A DNA stretch of 64,000 nt from an uncultured virus (IMG/VR IMGVR_UViG_3300014205_000210) (lineage: Duplodnaviria; Heunggongvirae; Uroviricota; Caudoviricetes), in the IMG/VR virus record IMGVR_UViG_3300014205_000210, positions 1 through 64,000 of that record; one strand, written 5' to 3'. The translations under genes and the position numbers were made by a program. The notes beneath the pieces are model-generated. The model was not told where the DNA came from. It saw only the letters and a program-made list of their open reading frames with translations, and searched no databases. Shown here one piece after another: positions 25,886-35,265 of this stretch (position 1 is the first letter of the stretch; each line of letters begins with the position of its first letter).

Positions 25886-26401
25886 CTATTTATTATCAGT
25901 AGACCCAAATCCGCCATCTTTTCGTTCTGAATTTTTATGAAGTTCTAAAATTTGAGTATACTCAACTTCTTCAGGTATAGCATATGAGACTGGAATTAAA
26001 ATTGCTTGAATAATTTTTTCATTTTCTTCAAGAGCAACATTTGTATTCCCAGTGTTTACAATAGAAATATGAATTTGCCCAGAATAATCTTCATCGATAA
26101 TTTCTGCAAGTCTATCAAGCCCTTTTTTAGTTGCAATTCCAGATTTATTATGCACAGCTAACATATATCCAGGGCTAAATTTTATATGAATTCCTGAAGG
26201 AATTAAAATTCGCTGCTGAGGTTGTAATGAAATATACTTATATTCATTTTTATTATCAACAATAAAATTATGTCCTGAGTTTTTTTCTGCTAATTGTTTT
26301 ACAAACTCTTCAGAAAACTCAGGAATATAAAAATCTATTCCAGCAGACCTTGATGTTCCTCTTGATGGAGATTTAACTTTTAGGGTTTTAGCAAACTTCA
26401 T
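25886..26401 (-). CDS. dut: trimeric dUTPase
   Basis: SAGIDF, KSG, IDEDYSG, IIQ, RKDGGFGST. Confidence 0.92.
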   Translation of the reverse strand: MKFAKTLKVKSPSRGTSRSAGIDFYIPEFSEEFVKQLAEKNSGHNFIVDNKNEYKYISLQPQQRILIPSGIHIKFSPGYMLAVHNKSGIATKKGLDRLAEIIDEDYSGQIHISIVNTGNTNVALEENEKIIQAILIPVSYAIPEEVEYTQILELHKNSERKDGGFGSTDNK

Positions 26402-26643
26402 TATTGCTTATCCTTTTGCTCAGAATTACCTTTAAAAAGTATACCAAATACCCACGTCAAACAAACTGATTGCCACCAACTAAGATTTGACGCTAAAGTT
26501 CCATTTTTTACTAATTCTGGAAAAGCTGCAGGTATAGCAACTGGCCAAATAAAATAAAGAATACTTCCACTAATAAGAGCAATCAAGCCCACTCCGCCAA
26601 ATATAAGTACTGCTGCCCCGATTACTTTTGTAAATTTTTCCAT
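26401..26643 (-). CDS. small membrane protein
   Basis: Two hydrophobic segments, ..LSWWQSV..GILFK; class I motif at 26674-26683 upstream. Confidence 0.65.
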   Translation of the reverse strand: MEKFTKVIGAAVLIFGGVGLIALISGSILYFIWPVAIPAAFPELVKNGTLASNLSWWQSVCLTWVFGILFKGNSEQKDKQ

Positions 26644-26712
26644 TTTCTTTTTTCCTTGTGTTTAATTATATAATATATACAAAAATGTCTATTAACTTAA
26701 CCATAAAAAATT

Positions 26713-28641
26713 TTAACATTTAACTTCAGGATAACGTTTTCTTTCAGTATATTCCTTTCTCCGTTCTTCAGACCACGAGCTTACTGGAACTAAAAAGCCA
26801 ACAATTCTGGTATATTTTTCTATTATTTTTTTACCACAAATAATACAATGCTTTGTATTATCAATTGTTAAATGGCCATCTTCACATTTTTGAAAAAAGT
26901 AATTTATAGCAAAATACTGAACACCAGACTTAACTACATACTTAATAATTTTTTTCATTAACGCAGTAGTAGGAATTTTTTCACCAAGATTTACATGCAT
27001 AATAGTACCACCCGAAAAATACTTTTCAAAGGTAGCCTGCAATTCTATGCGATTAATAATATCTGTGTCACAAGTCAATGGAATAAACTGATTTCCATAA
27101 AGCTCAAAAGTATCTTGCTTATACAGTATAGAGTCAACTTTGGCTAATTTTCCAGCAGTCTGCTCAGCAGGAATTTGTTCTATATTACAACGATAGCCAT
27201 AGGTTTTAATTTTTTCTTCAGAAATACTTTGCAAAAAAGTTAATATGTCTATTGCAAATTGTTTTCCTCCATTTTCATCTGAAGCCATATCATAACCCAT
27301 AAAATATACAGCTTCATACAGCCCAGTAATACCTAATGTAGAATACTGATTTTCAAGTTTCATAAAACCATAAGTATATAAAGGCATTTGATCTTGAGTA
27401 ATTTTATCTTGTATTAGTTGACGACGGCAATGATTTATTCTATAAGCATCTCTTGCATGCTCATTAAGTAGTATAAAAAATTTGTCTTTGTCTTTTTTAG
27501 CTAATAAGCCAATTCTCGCGAGGTTTACTGTAGTTACTCCAAAAGATCCAACTTTTATTGAACTGCCACCAATAAGATTAAAATTTTCTTCTTTTGTAGC
27601 TTTAATAATATCTTCCACATTCGATAATAATCTGCAACATGAGCTTAATGCAGTTAAATTCTCTGCGCTAAAAATATTAAGATGACCAAAATCTAAATTT
27701 ATTTTACTTATAAAATCTAAAAAGTCAATATCTTCAATGTTTCCTTCACTATCTTTTTTAAATTGAGCCGTCAATACAGGAAAAGTAAAAATACTTTCTT
27801 TATTAAACTCATTAAAAAACTCAAGAAACTTCTTTTGAATAACCATTGCAAAGTCAGCATCTATGCATTCACCGTTAATTATATAAGTTTTGCATAACTC
27901 CTTTAAAAATATAGAGTCAAAAATAGTGATATTTGTAAATGGGCTCTGAACATCTCGGATCGGCTGATTAATTGTATAAATAAATTTTTGAAATTCTTGT
28001 CGTAAAAATTTGTCAAATTGTTTTGGAGCATCTTTATATACTGATAAATGATAATTTTTATCATTTAGATCTTTTTTAAGAAGAGCACTATAAATAACTA
28101 AAACATTCGGTATTGCAGTAGCCCCCATCATTTGACGCGAAGCAAACATAACCAATTGTTCTACATGTCGTAAAAAAGTATCAGCGTGTTTAGCTGGAGA
28201 TGAGGGTTTATTTGTTATAAATGGAAGACCTTGAGTTACTAAATCTATAGTGTCAAAAGCAAAGCAGTAACTCAAAAAGAAATTTGAAAAATCTTGAACA
28301 TTTAAATCTTTATTTAGTTCTTTTTCACAAAGTTTATTTGCTTCAGAAGTTCCCCACATTTTCTTTGCAGTTTTCCAAAGTAAATATAAAGAATTTAATT
28401 TGTCTAACCCTTTATGAACTTCTGTTTTAAAAGTTGCAATATTTTTTATTTGAACATTAGCATTTGCATCAACAGATACATCAGCTACATTCTTCTTTAA
28501 AAAGTACCTTTTAGCAAAATTTGTTACATCAAAAGAGTCATCACTTATTCCCTCAAGTTCAAAAACTACTCGAGGGTATTTATCCTTCATGTCAAGCATA
28601 AAATGTTCAAACTGATCATCGTACGACTGCTTAATCCACAT
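26713..28641 (-). CDS. nrdD: anaerobic (class III) ribonucleoside-triphosphate reductase
   Basis: YC, TFPV, SCCRL, EQIPAE, SGG, CEDGH..CIICG, glycyl-radical loop TRIVGFL. Confidence 0.95.
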   Translation of the reverse strand: MWIKQSYDDQFEHFMLDMKDKYPRVVFELEGISDDSFDVTNFAKRYFLKKNVADVSVDANANVQIKNIATFKTEVHKGLDKLNSLYLLWKTAKKMWGTSEANKLCEKELNKDLNVQDFSNFFLSYCFAFDTIDLVTQGLPFITNKPSSPAKHADTFLRHVEQLVMFASRQMMGATAIPNVLVIYSALLKKDLNDKNYHLSVYKDAPKQFDKFLRQEFQKFIYTINQPIRDVQSPFTNITIFDSIFLKELCKTYIINGECIDADFAMVIQKKFLEFFNEFNKESIFTFPVLTAQFKKDSEGNIEDIDFLDFISKINLDFGHLNIFSAENLTALSSCCRLLSNVEDIIKATKEENFNLIGGSSIKVGSFGVTTVNLARIGLLAKKDKDKFFILLNEHARDAYRINHCRRQLIQDKITQDQMPLYTYGFMKLENQYSTLGITGLYEAVYFMGYDMASDENGGKQFAIDILTFLQSISEEKIKTYGYRCNIEQIPAEQTAGKLAKVDSILYKQDTFELYGNQFIPLTCDTDIINRIELQATFEKYFSGGTIMHVNLGEKIPTTALMKKIIKYVVKSGVQYFAINYFFQKCEDGHLTIDNTKHCIICGKKIIEKYTRIVGFLVPVSSWSEERRKEYTERKRYPEVKC

Positions 28642-28663
28642 CTAAAATTTTACCTCTTTAAAT

Positions 28664-28888
28664 TTATATTTCTAATTCTTTCTCACTTTTTGTAAATTTA
28701 TATTCTAATTCTAATTCTTTATCATCTTTCAATTCTTCAATAACCGTTAAAAGAAGCTTAATATTTGGTTGTATAATTTCACTAAATTCATCCACCCCTA
28801 AATGTTGAAAATTATCATGATATTGCTTTGTTAACTCTATTAATATTTCTTTTAATGTAGTGTGATTTTCATGATGATAAAACTTCAT
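28664..28888 (-). CDS. small hypothetical protein
   Basis: 74 aa ORF, AAGGAG RBS. Confidence 0.5.
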   Translation of the reverse strand: MKFYHHENHTTLKEILIELTKQYHDNFQHLGVDEFSEIIQPNIKLLLTVIEELKDDKELELEYKFTKSEKELEI

Positions 28889-28900
28889 TTAAAATCTCCT

Positions 28901-29419
28901 TTAATTTTTAAAATAATATATCCCATTGCTACTTAATTTTCTATAATTATAATCATATAACTCTTGATTGCTACTTGCAAATTGTATATATCCATCATTT
29001 TTTATAGAGTGTTGTTGTAAACTCTTTTCAAACTTTCCACATTTTATAAATTGAAAACCTATAATTTTATTTTCTTTAACATACTCAATTTTATACCCAG
29101 TATAAATACAAATATCAAAAGAGTTTCCAAATTGTTTAAGAAAGCTTTTTGTAAACTCTAAATTTCTAGGAGCTAAACTATCACCACCAGAAAATACTAC
29201 AGCTTTCGTATCATATTCTTGAGTTTTAATAATAAGAATATTATACAAAGTTTGTCCATCCATATAGGGGTTTTTTTCATATTCTTGAAGAGTAGAATTT
29301 TGGCACTCTACGCAATTATGCTCACAACCTTTAAAATTAACAAGAATTGCAATACTTGACGGATCTGGATAGTCAATTAAAGTAAAAATTATTGGATAGT
29401 GAATACTAACTTGGCTCAT
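28901..29419 (-). CDS. nrdG: class III RNR activase (radical SAM)
   Basis: GCEHNCVECQN, FSGGD, YTGY; near nrdD. Confidence 0.9.
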   Translation of the reverse strand: MSQVSIHYPIIFTLIDYPDPSSIAILVNFKGCEHNCVECQNSTLQEYEKNPYMDGQTLYNILIIKTQEYDTKAVVFSGGDSLAPRNLEFTKSFLKQFGNSFDICIYTGYKIEYVKENKIIGFQFIKCGKFEKSLQQHSIKNDGYIQFASSNQELYDYNYRKLSSNGIYYFKN

Positions 29420-30000
29420 TGAAGGTAGGCATACAAAGCATCAAATTGGTTTTTAAGGTCTTGTATTGAGCCACTGTTATTAATAACAAAGTCAAAATAT
29501 GAATCTGAAACTAAGTCAAGATCAATTTCAGAAATATCAGAATCTACTTCTTTCGAGTCTCTAACTATTCGTATAGTATAAACGTCTCTATCAGAAAATC
29601 GCTTTATTAATTCTGATAGTTCATATAAAAAACGACAATCAGTAACTACTATATTTGAATTAGAAAGACAAGAATTTTCTTTTATTTCATTCTCTAAAAG
29701 ATTTACCCAGTAATATTGCCCCATAAGTATTTTTATACTTTGACCGAACCATTGCATCAACGATCGTATAGTAATTGGTTGGTGAGTAGTAGTATTAATT
29801 CCAAGTTCTCTAGACTTATTTGAATAAAAATCTTCTATAGAAATTTCAAAACTAGCAATGTTCTTAGAAAATATATATAATTGTTCTTTTAAAGAATCAG
29901 CCAACGCCATTTTATAAAAATTTTTTTCTTTAAAAAACTCAGCAAAAGTGTCTTTACCTGAATATTTTTTACCAGAAATAAGTACTAATTTTTTTCTCAT
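29416..30000 (-). CDS. deoxynucleoside monophosphate kinase (T4 gp1-like)
   Basis: SGKKYSGKDT, LADSLK, RSLMQWFG, TDCRF..E. Confidence 0.88.
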   Translation of the reverse strand: MRKKLVLISGKKYSGKDTFAEFFKEKNFYKMALADSLKEQLYIFSKNIASFEISIEDFYSNKSRELGINTTTHQPITIRSLMQWFGQSIKILMGQYYWVNLLENEIKENSCLSNSNIVVTDCRFLYELSELIKRFSDRDVYTIRIVRDSKEVDSDISEIDLDLVSDSYFDFVINNSGSIQDLKNQFDALYAYLQ

Positions 30001-30145
30001 TTTATTTTTTTACCGTATAAAAAACACATGCTTTATAAGGAGTACCATTAATACATAAAATTTCAATATTAGGATGCTTGCCTAACCAAGTTTTAATTTT
30101 TTCATTTACAGAATTATTTGAATAAAATATTTTAGATTTCATCAT

Positions 30146-30853
30146 TTACTCCACAAATAGATCATCAGAAAGTCTTTTACGTCTTTCAGTTTTTATATCA
30201 TCATAAAAAAATAATTGAAGAAAATCTCTTGCTATAAGTTGGTATAAACTTTCGCCAAACTTTTCTTTTATAGCCTCTACAGTAAAATTTGAGGTTACTA
30301 TTATTCGGCGGTCTTCATGAATAAAGTTTCTAAGAAATGTATCCCAAGCTCCTATTATTAAATCAGGAGAATTTTTCCAATAAATACTTTTTGCTGAGTC
30401 AAATATATCATCTATAATTAATAAATCTACACTACTTATTTTTTTCAAATCATCAATTAAATCTTGCTTATAATCAAAGCCTGTTGTTTTTAATAGTAAG
30501 TCAATAAGATATCCAGCATAAACAAATTTTACTCGAAGCCCCTGTCTTAAAAATTCTTTACCAATAGCACAAGCAATCATAGACTTTTGAGTCGAATTTC
30601 CACCAGTTAAAAATAAGTTTACAGAATGAAATTTTTCTTCCTTACATTTATGAGCATAAATTTCTGCTTTTTGTTTTGAATCAAGACTTTTTACTCCTTT
30701 ATAATTAGTAAAATCAATATCCCAATAATTTTTTGGAATACTCGACTTTTTTAATAAAAGGGCATATTTTTGCTGCTCTAGTTGTTTCCAATATTTTTCG
30801 TTTGGAATAGCAACTTCTTCACCATCTATTACTTTAAAAGTGTAAGGTTGCAA
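30146..30853 (-). CDS. DnaC/IstB-like AAA+ ATPase (helicase loader-like)
   Basis: IPKNY..DF, degenerate Walker A GGNSTQKS, AIG, DLLIIDDI, IVTSN. Confidence 0.75.
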   Translation of the reverse strand: MQPYTFKVIDGEEVAIPNEKYWKQLEQQKYALLLKKSSIPKNYWDIDFTNYKGVKSLDSKQKAEIYAHKCKEEKFHSVNLFLTGGNSTQKSMIACAIGKEFLRQGLRVKFVYAGYLIDLLLKTTGFDYKQDLIDDLKKISSVDLLIIDDIFDSAKSIYWKNSPDLIIGAWDTFLRNFIHEDRRIIVTSNFTVEAIKEKFGESLYQLIARDFLQLFFYDDIKTERRKRLSDDLFVE

Positions 30854-31007
30854 TTATAATATTCCCTTTTTAACTAAATACCAAATCACTGAAGTAAAAG
30901 GCTTACGATAAGTTATTATATTTGAACTCTGAAGTAAAGACTCTATTTCATTATAAATTCTAAAAGTTTTATCTACTACATCTTCTTTAATTTTAGGGAA
31001 TTGTTCT

Positions 31008-32084
31008 TTACCCATAATATTCATTTTCCAATAAATATTTATTATTTATACATTTAAAAGAAATAATTTGCCCATTAATTAACTTGGTTGATTTAAAAAC
31101 TATCCCTTCGCGCTCTACCCCAAAAGCCCCTTTGCCTTCTACATATTTAAGAAATTCATCTATAGTTTTCATTTCTTGAAATGGATATGATACTCTAATA
31201 TAGGGAACATGTAATATATTATATTGTTCAAGCCAAATATGAAAAATAAAATTTCTATTATCTCTTGTATAATAATGCTGAGTATCAATATTATAAACAT
31301 CAAATAAATAAAACTCTATTTTAGAAAGTTTTAAAGGATTACCTTGTATTCCTGGACCTACTAATTCTCCTTGAAGAGCAATATTTTCTCCAAACTCTCT
31401 TAAACATTTTTCTATGCATAAGTCATTACCAATTTTTACATAAAGATTTTCATCATTGCCTTGAAGTTTATATTCCATGTTTCTACTACAAACTCCATAT
31501 TCTCCATCTTTAAGATAAAAACTTACAGAGCTACCATCAATTTTTTCTGTTTCTTCAAATTCAACATTTCTATATCCAAAAAATTCTGGAAGATTTTGTA
31601 AACGCTCTTGGTCCGTCTTTTTAAGAAAAGAAGGCATGAATCCTTTTACTAAACCTTGAAGTTGAACTGGAATAGGGGCTTCATATTTTTTGATTCCGAG
31701 GTTATTTGTTAAATCTGTGTTAATGAAAAAATCTTTATGTTCTTCAATTACCTTAAGATCTATTTCAGGTAAAGCATTAATAAATTCATGAAGAGGTAAT
31801 AATAGCCCCTGACTTAAAACGCCGCGTAACTTCATTGTACGAAGTCTATATCCTATACTACCATCAGCAGAAGTTTTTCTACCACGAGACTCTAAAAATA
31901 AAAATGGCTCATGACAAGGAAGCAAAGAGTCAACTTCAAAATAAACAGCTAACTCACCTACTTTAAAATCACCTTTTTGTACAACACATTGCCATCCAGG
32001 TATTTTGCATAATTCAATTTTGTCTGCTTTTTCAATTGGAAGAATCTCTTGTACTTGTCGAATAGTAGCTAATTTTCGTTCCAT
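31008..32084 (-). CDS. RNA ligase, DRB0094/Rnl5-type with N-terminal OB domain
   Basis: RKLATI..ADKIE..GWQCVV, LRGVLSQG, KTDQERLQN, EKIDGSS, QGELVG, EGIVFK, FKCINN. Confidence 0.9.
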   Translation of the reverse strand: MERKLATIRQVQEILPIEKADKIELCKIPGWQCVVQKGDFKVGELAVYFEVDSLLPCHEPFLFLESRGRKTSADGSIGYRLRTMKLRGVLSQGLLLPLHEFINALPEIDLKVIEEHKDFFINTDLTNNLGIKKYEAPIPVQLQGLVKGFMPSFLKKTDQERLQNLPEFFGYRNVEFEETEKIDGSSVSFYLKDGEYGVCSRNMEYKLQGNDENLYVKIGNDLCIEKCLREFGENIALQGELVGPGIQGNPLKLSKIEFYLFDVYNIDTQHYYTRDNRNFIFHIWLEQYNILHVPYIRVSYPFQEMKTIDEFLKYVEGKGAFGVEREGIVFKSTKLINGQIISFKCINNKYLLENEYYG

Positions 32085-32086
32085 TT

Positions 32087-32554
32087 TTATTTCTCCTTAA
32101 GATCAGTAAAGTCTATTGGTTGATTATTAATAGTCAAATAAGAATACCTATCTTGTAAAACTTCTATACATTTTTGTCGTTGTTCATCAGAAAGTTCATG
32201 TAGTCTAGCAACTCTTGGAATTTCAGAACCACTAATATTATCAATAATTACGGGTAAAATAGAAGTTCGTAAGTGATCATCCAAAGAGGTCATATTATCT
32301 GCAAAAGGGGCAAGTTGGTATTGATCTGACTTAGCAATTTTAGATAAAATACCATACCAAACTTTGTAGTGTTTAATAAGAGCTGTTTGACGAAATTTTA
32401 ATTTAAAATGTAATTTTGTAAGTTTTTCTTCAATAACAGCAAGCTCTATAGCTTTTTGCATTTCAGGTTCTAAAAACTCTAACCGTATTGAAAGCATTTG
32501 AGTGTCTATATCAAAATTAAAAAATCTAGCTAAACAAGAAATATTCACTAACAT
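32087..32554 (-). CDS. hypothetical protein
   Basis: 155 aa ORF, AAGGAG, class I motif at 32571-32580. Confidence 0.6.
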   Translation of the reverse strand: MLVNISCLARFFNFDIDTQMLSIRLEFLEPEMQKAIELAVIEEKLTKLHFKLKFRQTALIKHYKVWYGILSKIAKSDQYQLAPFADNMTSLDDHLRTSILPVIIDNISGSEIPRVARLHELSDEQRQKCIEVLQDRYSYLTINNQPIDFTDLKEK

Positions 32555-32607
32555 CTCCTTATATAACTAAATAATACAAAACTACTTATATAAAATAACT
32601 AAAATAC

Positions 32608-33579
32608 TTATGCTAAATGGATTTTCCCTTGACGTAGTTGAGCCAACATAAGAGGCTTTAACTCTACAGCTGAAGCGTTTTTATGACCTCCACCTCCATG
32701 AATTTGAGCTATTTTTGATACATCAAACTCTCCTCGACTACGAAGGCTTACTTTACTATTTGTTCTATCCCAAGTAGAATATCCAATTAAATATTTTACA
32801 GAATCTCCAAGATGATCTAATAGCCGTGACATTACAATACTTATCTTTGACCCAATTTCAACAAAAGCATATGAAGTTTCACAATTATCTATACGAAGAG
32901 ATAAATTATCTTTTGCTTTTTTATAGGAGGCCTCTTCTTTTATTCGAGCACTTTCAGCTGCTTTTCTTTCAAGAGCTGTAAAAAAGAATTGGCAATTTCT
33001 CATTATCTTTGTAAATTGAGCATTTACAAATTTTTGGTGTTTTTCAGTATCAGATTGAGTTTTACATATATTCCAATTAATATATAATGAGCTAAATAAT
33101 ACATAATGCAAACTTTTTGCTTCTTCCCAAAAAGGAGAAGTTAATTGCCAGGTATCATATGTATTTGCTAGATTAACTAATCCAGCTAAAGTGCGATTTG
33201 GTCGAATACCCTCTGATAGCTCTTCAAAAAGAATTTTTGCCCCACAACGAGTATCATCATAATAATAATTTTCTCTTTCTCCTAAAAGTTCTCGAGAAGT
33301 AGCATGATGGTCAAATATATAAACAATTTTTTGTAATTCAATAGTAAGTTTTTCATATAATTCAAGGGTCGGAGCAATATCAACAAATATTACTATCTCA
33401 GCAGCTTCAGCATCTTTCATAGTAAATTCAGACATTTCTCTATCTGCAGTATTAAGAAGAACAAAGGTTTTTGCTAAAGGAATTAAATAATATTCAGCTA
33501 CTATTCTAGAGGTTACACCATCTAGATCTGAATCAACTACACAATAAATCTTTTTATCTTTAAAAATAGAAATATCCAT
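32608..33579 (-). CDS. DHH/DHHA1 phosphoesterase (oligoribonuclease/RecJ-like)
   Basis: DSDLDG, VD, FDHH, CGA, SLRS, GGGGHKNAS. Confidence 0.9.
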   Translation of the reverse strand: MDISIFKDKKIYCVVDSDLDGVTSRIVAEYYLIPLAKTFVLLNTADREMSEFTMKDAEAAEIVIFVDIAPTLELYEKLTIELQKIVYIFDHHATSRELLGERENYYYDDTRCGAKILFEELSEGIRPNRTLAGLVNLANTYDTWQLTSPFWEEAKSLHYVLFSSLYINWNICKTQSDTEKHQKFVNAQFTKIMRNCQFFFTALERKAAESARIKEEASYKKAKDNLSLRIDNCETSYAFVEIGSKISIVMSRLLDHLGDSVKYLIGYSTWDRTNSKVSLRSRGEFDVSKIAQIHGGGGHKNASAVELKPLMLAQLRQGKIHLA

Positions 33580-33604
33580 TCAAATCTCCTTTAAAGATAT
33601 AATA

Positions 33605-33646
33605 CAAACTGGCCTCAAAAAGAATAATTTTTCTGAAGCCAATTTG
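33605..33646 (-). terminator. hairpin (terminator-like) overlapping class I promoter motif 33599-33608
   Basis: Minus strand CAAATTGGCTTCA...TGAGGCCAGTTTG pairs with G-U wobbles. Confidence 0.5.
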
Positions 33647-33668
33647 AAATTAAATTAAATGCTTGTAA

Positions 33669-33944
33669 TTACTCGAATACTCCACGTATTACAAGTAAAT
33701 CACCAGATGTTACATAACTAGTCGAGTTATCAATAATAGTAAGAAGCCCACCCGATCTAGCATAAGTGTATTTACATCCAGTCTTTTGAATACCAGTGCG
33801 GTCTCTGTGGTCAGCCATAAAAATAAAATCAGAAGTATAAGCAGCTCCAGACTTTATGTCAATTATGACCTTATTAGCAGTATCTTGAGCAGCAGAAACT
33901 GTGTGATAAATAGTAAGAGATTTTTTGTAACTTTTTTTAGACAT
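33669..33944 (-). CDS. small beta-rich late protein, probable virion component
   Basis: Thr/Ser/Gly-rich; TTACTAATAA at 34006-34015 upstream. Confidence 0.55.
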   Translation of the reverse strand: MSKKSYKKSLTIYHTVSAAQDTANKVIIDIKSGAAYTSDFIFMADHRDRTGIQKTGCKYTYARSGGLLTIIDNSTSYVTSGDLLVIRGVFE

Positions 33945-34005
33945 TTCTAATACCTTTTAGATAAAGTTTTTAGACTTAAGGCTATTTCTAACCAAATCTA
34001 ATTTA

Positions 34006-34015
34006 TTATTAGTAA
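34006..34015 (-). promoter_or_regulatory. class II (late-like) promoter motif TTACTAATAA
   Basis: Exact copy of the motif upstream of tail genes. Confidence 0.6.
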
Positions 34016-34028
34016 TATCTAGAGGAAA

Positions 34029-35234
34029 TTATCTTACATATTCGTTCCACTGGCTTTGTAGTCGTTTCATTAAAATCTCATCATATAATTCTTTAGGACA
34101 AAATCCTTCTTTATCTTCAAAAATATGCTCAAAACATTGTATAATTTTTTGTACACTAAATCGCTCTAAAATTATATCTCTATTTCCCTGAGCTTTAATA
34201 TAATAGGCTTCTTTGTCTTCTTTCCATAATTTATATAATGAAGCTAATCCTACAATAGAATCTCTGATTAGAGGTACTCCATAATATGAACCGTATTCAT
34301 AATTATGATGATACATACTATGAGCTTCATCTAATACGTATTTAACAGAATAATTTACAGGAGACTTAGCAACTTCAGCAGATGAAGACCAGTTTGTATA
34401 AACTACTGGAATTCCACATAGCATTGATTCTACAGCAGGTAAACCAAAACCTTCACCACGACTTAAAAATAGTAATACTGAAACTGATTTATATAAAGTC
34501 ACCATTTCTTCAGAAGTTAATTCTTTATTTATAGTGTATATTGAAGTATTTTTACATTCCATATTAGTTTGAGCACAGCATTTTATTAAGTCTTCTACAG
34601 AAAATTCTATATCTGAAAGTAAGTGGTATTTCATTACTAAACGAGAGTCTTTTGTAACCCCTAAAGCTCGTGAATAAGCTATGATTGAGTCCTCTACTCC
34701 TTTACGTTTCGTATTTTGCCCTACAAAAAGCACAGTAAATTTCTCTTCTTGTTTCTTAATTTCTAAATCAGTAAGAGTATATTTAGAAAAATCAACATAA
34801 ATTGGAAAATAATAAACTTTCTTTTTTGTTAAATTTAAAAGTTGATTTCCAATAAAATATGAAGAGGCTACAAACCCATCAAAAAAAGTAGAGTCATCAA
34901 ATAAGAAAGACCAAGCTCTTGGAAGTGGTAAAGTTTCCCATAATATATTTAAAAATTTTCTTTTACAATTTCTCATTAAATGATATAATAATTCTTTATC
35001 AATAGGGTTTAACAATGAGAATGGATTAACAACTAAAAACCCGATATCAAATTCATCAGCATTATCTAGATTTTCTTTAGAAATTTGTTCTAAAGTATTT
35101 ACTATTGTTAATTTAGAAATTGTCTTTTGAGACATCATCATTGAAAATATTGTAACAAAACTTGCTGAGGCATTTCCATACCCAGCATCTTTTGATGAAA
35201 ATCCTTGAGTAGGTGCAATTAATAAAACCCGCAT
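34029..35234 (-). CDS. GT4-family glycosyltransferase
   Basis: GYG, WET, FVGQNTKRKG, SRGEGFGLPAVESMLCGIPVV. Confidence 0.9.
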   Translation of the reverse strand: MRVLLIAPTQGFSSKDAGYGNASASFVTIFSMMMSQKTISKLTIVNTLEQISKENLDNADEFDIGFLVVNPFSLLNPIDKELLYHLMRNCKRKFLNILWETLPLPRAWSFLFDDSTFFDGFVASSYFIGNQLLNLTKKKVYYFPIYVDFSKYTLTDLEIKKQEEKFTVLFVGQNTKRKGVEDSIIAYSRALGVTKDSRLVMKYHLLSDIEFSVEDLIKCCAQTNMECKNTSIYTINKELTSEEMVTLYKSVSVLLFLSRGEGFGLPAVESMLCGIPVVYTNWSSSAEVAKSPVNYSVKYVLDEAHSMYHHNYEYGSYYGVPLIRDSIVGLASLYKLWKEDKEAYYIKAQGNRDIILERFSVQKIIQCFEHIFEDKEGFCPKELYDEILMKRLQSQWNEYVR

Positions 35235-35265
35235 TATTTATCTCCAAATTTTTTAAATTCTATTA

